Source: the human T2T-CHM13v2.0 reference genome, Homo sapiens. Taken from it: a stretch of 64,000 bases of DNA. Position 1 is the stretch's first letter, and each line of letters starts with the position of its first letter. The notes beneath the pieces are model-generated. The model was not told the DNA's origin and did no database searches. It was given only the letters and a program-made list of their open reading frames with translations. Below are positions 55,735 through 64,000 of the stretch, one piece after another. Location: assembly GCF_009914755.1 (NCBI RefSeq), contig NC_060933.1; one strand, given 5' to 3'. Position numbers and translations under genes: made by a program.

Positions 55735-55964
55735 ACCTAACTTCTTATAAAAAGCTTTCCCTTGACACATCACTGTCCATTACTGTGACACTCCAAATTC
55801 AGCCACCCGCCCTCCTTTACCTGAAAAAGAAAGAAATCCCATTGTTCATACCCTGCACAGCCTTTCTACTGATTTGATTATCTTTGTTAATTCTCCATAT
55901 TTAAAAAGAAAAACTAAAACTTTTCAAGCAGGCTATACTATCAGAGAATTAAATTTATCCTTAA

Positions 55965-57228
55965 ATAGATAGAAGCTCTCACTGTGCTCTAGTTGATAAA
56001 GTTGTTTCCCATGGAGTACACACTGACAATTCTGATTCTGCGATGCATGTATACTGGGACGGAAGAATTCAGTACATTGATGGCAAATGGTGGGAGCTAG
56101 GATTCTTACTGGTGGAGTGGGTACTTACAGATAAGCAAGGGGAGGAGAGGAGAGTGATGTGTGTGGTAAAGAATTAGAGTTGGCAATATCAGCATGAACT
56201 CAGCTGAGACAGCCTGGAGGTAAAGGCACTGGAGTAGCAACAAGCACACCTAGCACTCAGATTTTGGTTTCCAATAAGAGGAACCAGGGCTCTTGGGAGA
56301 AATGGCTGATTCTGGAATTGGGGCAGGAAATATACAAGATGAGCCTGGAGTGTTGTGTAGTGCCAGAAGGTAAGACAGTGCTCAAAGAAAAACAAAACAC
56401 AACAGAAAATCCTGCATTGATGGGGGTGTGTCAAAGAGATACAGGAGCCAGGGGAAAAGAGTCCCCAGTGGCTAAAACTGGAACAATTTGATCAACAAAA
56501 TAAATATTTTGTGGCACACATTACAAAATAAAGATTAATGAGTCCATACTGACACAAATAATAGATTGAATAAATACCTGAATATATGGAGAAGAATAGA
56601 CAAGTCTCCCAAGCAGAAGAAAATAAAGATAGAAGAAACATAGATATGTTTCCAAGTAATTTATGTAGAAACTCTGCCCTCAAAAGGGCTGGGGAAAACC
56701 CCCTACTCCTTATGTGTGGGCTGCATGTAGTGACTTTTTCCTGAAGAACACATTATAGAAAGCAGGGGGAAAATAGCAGCTGTACAGTGGAGAAACCTGA
56801 CAAACACTACCTCAGCCAGCTGATCAAGGTTAACAATGGTGATAAGTCTCATTGGTAATACTGTGTGTACCTTCACATGCTGTGATGAAAATGGAGCTTT
56901 ACCTCTGTGGTCTTTCTTCCCCCTAATCCATAATCCCAGCTTGATTATGAAGAGGACATTAGACAAACGCCAGTGAAGAAGCATCCTACAAAATACTCGA
57001 CCAGAGCTCCTCAAAACTGTTATGCTCATCAAAAACGTCTGAGAAACTGTCCCACCCGAAAGGACACTGAGGAGATATGACAACTACATGTAATATGGTA
57101 TCTGGGTAAGATTCTGCAACAGAAGAAGGATATTCGGTAAAAATAAGGAAATCTGAATAAACTATGGATGTTGGTTAATAAAAATACATCAGCATTGGTT
57201 CATTCATGGTAACAAATGCTCTGTACAT
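55965..57228 (+). mobile_element. L1MC/MD-type 3' UTR
   Basis: gaaccagggctcttgggagaaatggctgattc, cagtggagaaacctgacaaacactacctcagcc. Confidence 0.85.
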
Positions 57229-57951
57229 TAAAAAATCCAGAGCAAAGCCCTACTTCCTTAAGCCTTGAATGCTGTAGTAAGTCCTTTCTGACACATTCTT
57301 AGTGAGATGTCCCATGAAGTGTGTTCTCTCTCAATGCCACGTGTAATAACACAACTCCAGGTGTATTTATAGTGCTCTTTGGCATTGGCAAAGCCATGAT
57401 TCAATCAAATCCATGATGACCCTTAACAGGCTGACAGTGGGGAGTTTTAGATTTATGTTTTCTGAGAAGAAATCCTGTTTTTGGCTTAGTGTTGTTGTTC
57501 TTATTTTTATTTTTTAAACTTTTATTCAAAATATCATGCTCTTTTTTAATAGTATAGATTCTCAACAAGACTAAGTATTTCTCTAATTGACCTCAAGATG
57601 GCAGGCTTGAATAAAAGATATTTCCATTTTAAAGTTCTGGGCTTCTCAAAAATTCTCTTTGAATTTGGAATTACAAATGAATGCTGTTTTCCTCACTCTT
57701 TGTAGACTTTTTTTTTAAGTATCTGTTTCTTTTATATTTGTTTTCTTAATTGTCTCCTAAAGGGTTATGACATTTTATTCAATTTTTTTTTCTTAGAATA
57801 TCAAAGACAGTCATAAGAATCTGGAGATTATCTTCATTCTTTAAAAAAATGATGATAAATGGAAGAGGTACATTTAGGCAAATGTTGTCCTAGGATGAGA
57901 TCAGTGATACACACTCCTGTACTGCCTCAGGAGAATGCTAAATTACTATTA

Positions 57952-58322
57952 TTTTTTCTTTTTTTAAAAAATTTATTTTAAGTTCTGGGATACATGTGCA
58001 GAATATACAGGTTTGTTACCTGTGTGTACCAAACACATATACATGTGCCGTGGTGGTTTGCTGCACCTATCAACTCATCATCATCTAGGTTTTAAGCCCC
58101 GCATGCATCAGGTATTTATCCTAATGCTATCCCTCCCCTTGCCCCCTACCCCGCTATAGGCCCCGGCGTGTGATGTTTCCCTCCCTGCGTCCTTGTGTTC
58201 TCATTGTTCACCTCCCACTTAGGAGTGAGAATATGTGGTGTTTGGTTTTCTGTTCCTATGTAAGTTTGCTGAGAGTGATGGTTTCCAGCTTCATCCATGT
58301 CCCAGCAAAGGACATGAACTCA
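57952..58322 (-). mobile_element. 5'-truncated L1PA 3' end
   Basis: gatggtttccagcttcatccatgtccc; TSD gagaa(t/g)gctaaatta(c/t)tatta. Confidence 0.92.
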
Positions 58323-58611
58323 GAGAAGGCTAAATTATTATTACACTTTAATTGCAAAAAGGCTTGCAATAATCTAAGTTACCATCATGCATCTACGATA
58401 ATTTTATCCTGGAGTTTTGGGAGATGAATTTTATGTACTATATCAGCAAGTCGTTGAAAAAAACAAGCTAATGTGGGAACTCTAACCAGTGGTTCCATAA
58501 CATCGTCGTGTCTAAAATTCTCCCATAGTAAGTAAAACAATATTTTGATTCGATTTGGTCTTTAAAAAGTATGTCACATATTCCTTCCTTCTTTCTCCTA
58601 ATTTTATTAGA

Positions 58612-58832
58612 AAAAGCAATATAGTATGGTAGTTAAGTACATAGGCTTTAGAGCCAGACAAACTCAAGTTCAGGTCTAATTCAGCCTCTTATTTGCTGCT
58701 TCTTTCTTCTTGGCCAGGTTGCTACTTAACCTCTCTGAATCTCATCTGAAAAGTGGGTATAATATTTCTCATAGGGTTTATGAATGGAAAGCACTTAGCA
58801 CAGTTGAATAAATGACAGGCATTATTATTATT
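58612..58832 (+). mobile_element. MIR
   Basis: ggctttagagccagac...ttaacctctctga...aaagcacttagcacag. Confidence 0.8.
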
Positions 58833-59315
58833 TGGGGGAAAAGAAGGAAGGGTGAAGTGAGGAGTATCACCAAACAATACTGTAAATTGTGAATTACAGC
58901 TCCAAGGAGATTAATAAAATTATATGGATTTTTAAACTGTGATAATCCATGAAAGCTCAGAAGACCCACCTTTCCATAATGATCCCACTAAGGATTTGCT
59001 GTGAAATTCAAAGCAAATTATCTAATGACTTTAGGACTCAGTTTCCTTATCTATTTTCACAGCATGTCCATGACCACAGATGTGGGTCAAAGGCCAGAAG
59101 GAATTTCCTGAACGTTCTGTTCTTTATAAGACCCCTCAGACCCTCAGTCAGTTCTGAAATTAGGGTGAGGGTTGGGTCATTGGAAACCCCAATAGTAAGC
59201 CTGATTGAAAGCCTCACCAGCCCCACAGGACTGGGGTTCAGAAAAGCTTCAATTTAATTTAGAACAAATAGAGTGTTTACACATCTAATGATAACAAATT
59301 TGCACTCATTCATAA

Positions 59316-59623
<308 letters not shown>

Positions 59624-60336
59624 ACAGATTTCTCTTATATTCATTATAGAGCCTTGAGGCCTTACAGGAGTAAAGAAAGATATTGGTTTGTTGAGTGTAC
59701 TTGGTGACTCAGCTTAGCTGATGTGACATGTGCTGAAAAGTGAGGAAGATACTTCTAAACCTAACCTGGACCTTTGGGCAGCAACTGGTGACAAAAATTG
59801 ACACAGGATTTACAGGAATCTAAGGAAATACCTAAATACCATTGAGATCTACCTGTTATTTTTTACTTGAAGTACGTGCTTTTGGTGAATAGAATACATT
59901 CTCTACCCCATCAGATCTCTCACCAGACATGTTAACTAGTGACCAACTGATGGACTGGTGGTTAATTGCCTCTGTCAACCCCCAGAGCAGAAAATGCTAA
60001 GAAATAGCCAAGAGCAATGTAGCCAGAGGAGGACAATTAAGCCTTTGTTTTAGAAATTTGCCTGAGTAGTTTTCACTGGGAATTAGGGGGACTTTCTTTT
60101 TTCCAATTAGTATCCATTTTGAAATATTCAACACAGGGCTGAATACTCAAAGCAACCCCTCGGATTACCCAATCCTTACTCTCAAGTTTGTTGTGTTCCA
60201 GGTGTTTCGCTGTTGCCTTAATTTTTAGGCTCACTATTCTGAATACCACATTTTCGACCCAGGAAGACAGTGAGAATTCACTGAACAGTGAGCAACGCAA
60301 GCAATTTTTACTAAAAGTGAAAGAGAAGTCAAGAAA

Positions 60337-60409
60337 GCACCACCAGGGTGCTGTTCTTTTCAAATAAAATACACGTGTCAATAACAGCAGTGGACACCGG
60401 GGGGCAGTA
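60337..60409 (+). promoter_or_regulatory. Two tandem CTCF-like motifs flanking a CACGTG E-box
   Basis: gcaccaccagggtgctgtt (60337-60355) and tggacaccggggggcagta (60391-60409); acacgtgt at 60371-60378. Confidence 0.55.
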
Positions 60410-60726
60410 ACACACAACATAGGCAGCCATTTTTTTTTCTTTAAATTTTATAATTAAATTGCATAAATTAAATAATGGTTTTCCAAGTTTCCACTTTGAA
60501 AAAAGAATTTCCCCAACAGTGCCTGCTGGTCAGGAGATACCACGCAGAGATACATGACTCAAAAGGTTGTCTTCTGGATCTTAATCAGAAGATCTGATTC
60601 TGTTTGTGAATCCAGTAATATTGCCGTTTTACATCTTTGACTTGAAATTAGGACAGACTATCTTTTTAAATTGGCTTTTACTATTTTCTCTCATCTCATG
60701 GCAGAATGACCAAAAGCTATATATAG

Positions 60727-60957
<231 letters not shown>

Positions 60958-61569
60958 ACATATAATTTCCTATATTCACGTTTGTAAGTCAGCCCTTCCT
61001 AGTTTGAGAGGACAGACTAGGCCCTGGGGTTGTGTGCAGTCTTTCCCTGGCCATGGTGATGGGCTGGAGTGCAGGGGCCGGGGGATGGAGCTTCTGCTTA
61101 ACAATGGTTTTAGGGCCGCGGTCATCTTGAGGCAGGTGTGGCAAAGGCACCCTGGAGAGGAGAGGTGAAGAGACCTGGAGGCGCCAGGGGTTTGAGAACA
61201 GATGGAGAGCAGGTGACCCTGGAGCTCACCTTCCTCGGGGCAGGGACAAGAGGAAGGCCACATGTGCCCCTGTGCAGAGCCAGCTCCCGTGGGACACACA
61301 AAGGCATCCACACCCTAGGAGTTTCAGCTTTTCTCAAGTACCACCTCCAGCCTCATCACTCTGCCAGCTGCTCCTGCTTAACTTGTCAGACTCCAGGGAC
61401 CTATGGCAAGAAGATCACTGGACCAACCAGGAAAGGAAAATACTAAGGCTTCAAACTTTTGGAAAGCTACTGGCCATACTTTTATGGAGCACAGAAGAAA
61501 AACAAATCCTCAAGTATCTGATGCTGTTTAGAAATAAGTATAAACTGCAGTTCATCCTTAAAAATAGCT

Positions 61570-61810
61570 AAATAATAACAGCTGACTGTATATAGTGCTG
61601 AAGGGGGTTGGCCACGGTTCTAAAGTCATTTAATTCTTATAAAGACCCCATGGAGCATGTGCCATAATTATCCCAGTTGGGGAATCTGTGGTGCACAGAG
61701 GCTAAATGACTCAGCTAAGGACGCTTGAGCTTTTAAGAATTGGAGGTGGGATTTGAACTCACGCAATCTGGTACCGGAGGCTACACTCTGAACCATTACG
61801 CTCTGATGCT
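61570..61810 (-). mobile_element. MIR (further MIRs near 62490-62670 and 63320-63540; L2 tip near 63600-63750)
   Basis: gcacagagaggctaaatgact..ggatttgaactc. Confidence 0.75.
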
Positions 61811-64000
61811 GGCAAAATGAGAAATGCAAAGTTTCCTCCTGTAAATGAAAGCAAAGCAAACCCTTACTCTGAATTTCTGTAACTGGATTTGGAGTTAAGT
61901 TACTTGAATACATATATGATAAATTGTCTGAATGAAAAATGCTGTTTTACATGGATACCTAACTCATTTAAAACTTATAATGGGATTTTTGCCTTTAATT
62001 ATTCTAATTCCACTTCCTGGTTACAGATACTTAAAAAAAAAAAAAAAAAAAAGCTTTTTTACCCCTCTACTGGAAATCAAGCATCCCTAGAGAGAAATAG
62101 CGTCTTTTTCATGACCTTTTTTAGCACTTGGCATATTTATCATGGGGTCTAACTCAGAGAAGGTATTCCATAAATATTTATTAGCTGCTTGTACAGCTTT
62201 AATAACTATTGTTGCTTCAATAAATATTCATTATGGGTGAAAAGTACATCTGCCAGGAGCTCTTGTTTTACTATATATCATAATAGGAAAATAAATTTAT
62301 GAGTTTCTAAAAGATGGAAAAATTTATGAGCTAAAATATATCTTAATCACTAATGTATTTTTAAGAATCTTTGATAGTTTCTTAAATTGTTAATGCATCC
62401 AAGAGGAGAGGGAGAAGTGGTGAAATTATGTAAATAACAAATTCAGGATTCTTAAGAGAAGACGGCTAAGATTATATGATAGACAATAGGCTAGGCATTT
62501 TTATAATTACTTTTTTTAGCTTCTCAGAAATGCTAAAAGGCTATTATATTGTTCCCATTTTCCAGATGAGGAAGCTGAGAGTTAGGGAAGTAACTTCCTT
62601 TCCAACTAGTCAGGATTTGAATATGTCTGGTTTCAAAATCCACACCCTTTCTATTATACATTATATCAATCAAGAATTCATTCTATAGCAATAGAACTTG
62701 TTGATGGTGGTTTAAAACTGTGGGATTTATTTTCTCACATGAAAGGTAGTGTGGAGACACCTGGGCGTTGGCAATGGCCCAGTGTCTGGGTGATGTCAGG
62801 GCAATGATACTGTGATGTTCTCAGCCTTTCCTCACGGTTGCAAGACTCAAGGGAGGAAGATGAGAAGGGGAAGTAGGCACTCAAATCCAAAAACTTTCTT
62901 AGGAACCTCACAGCAGATTTCATTTATATCCCATTGTCCATAACAGAGTTAAGGAGGAGGATGATAAAGAGTTGGACAAGCCAATGATCAGTGTCTACAC
63001 AATCAGGTTGTGATGTTTGATAGTAGATTCTTTTGATGTTGTCTCTGTAGGGTAATTGTTAAATGATCAAGCAGTTCCTCTGAGCTCATCTCCAGCGGGT
63101 ACATTCTGGGTCAGAAGAACTGAGTTTTCAAGTGCATCTCGGGTATCTGGTCACTTTTGCTTCTGCCAACATAGTCTTGTCCAGTGTCAGAGAGAGGACA
63201 TGCTGTTAAGTGCTGCCACTTTTCATGTACTTCCTACAAGTACCATGTCTGTAGCTCTGTGCTGTAAAACTGGGGCACTGGGTTTTTCTACTTTCTGATT
63301 TTTGGGTTTCAAATAGAAAGAGCATCAGACAAGGAGTCAGAAGGCTCGGATTCGAGTCCAGCTTTGTTACCCGTGAAGTGACCTGAAATAAATCCCTTAA
63401 GCCCCATGGACTTTTATCCTTTTCATCTTCACAGGGTGGTGATAATATTCTTGGCTGTTTGTCAGGGTTGCAGAATGTACTAGTAAGCACTCTGAAATCA
63501 CCGAGGTCTTATATAAATGAACGTGTCATTACCGTTATTAGGTCCAAAGGGGCCCTCTGGATCCAAGCACTGCAGTGACTATCTTGGATCTTGAGGCTGT
63601 AAGATCTCAAAGTCTGGAGCCTCTGTCATCCTTATTTCCATTTCCTGAAAACTAGCACAATGCCTGCACTTAGTGGCAACTTATTAAATGCTTATTCAAT
63701 GAGGGAGTGAGTAGGTGAATGACTGTATGCATTTTTAAAAATGAATGAAGCCCAATCCTATGACAACTGAATTCTGGCCCTTTGGCTCTTCCTGTGCTCT
63801 TGCATGTCTATCTGCCTGCTGGAGGTACTGCCTGAATGGCCTTCGCACAGCATCCAAAAGTGATTTTACCTCCAAGGTACGGTAGCTCTTATCTTCTGCT
63901 CAAAGCTGTAGGACTTCCTATTCCTGCCACCAGCATCTCTCTTCTCCAGTCCCTGGGCATGCAGTTCCAGATTTATATTTGTCTCTTTGTTTCCTCTCAT

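Noticed and set aside
56189-57083. ORFs of up to 126 aa
   Set aside because: Lie inside an L1MC/MD 3' UTR with no domain signature

Overview
Primate (almost certainly human) AT-rich, repeat-dense genomic DNA. The only protein-coding content is the 3' end of CNTLN (centlein) on the + strand: three phase-0 exons at 12863-13048, 15535-15612 and 31097-31198 (stop), with a 3' UTR running to about 32470. Roughly 31 kb of intergenic DNA follows. The rest is interspersed repeats: Alus, L1, L2 and MIR fragments, a full-length Tigger1, Tigger3b, Cheshire, MaLR/MLT2/ERV1 LTRs, and an ERV-L integrase-dUTPase remnant. Nearly all ORFs in the supplied track are repeat-derived or spurious. I found no new multi-gene system. 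The best signals show transposons shaping the end of CNTLN and nearby DNA. (1) An antisense Alu nested in Tigger3b has a good acceptor and a GT donor. It would give centlein an alternative 32-aa C-terminus predicted to escape NMD. (2) The likely distal poly(A) signal lies inside a Cheshire DNA transposon. (3) A 90-bp MIR segment appears to have been copied into an LTR 2.76 kb away. (4) Two tandem CTCF-like motif pairs and several homeobox-motif-rich blocks are candidate regulatory elements. (5) There are L1 inversion structures. Repeat subfamily names and repeat boundaries are by eye from remembered consensus sequences and are approximate.
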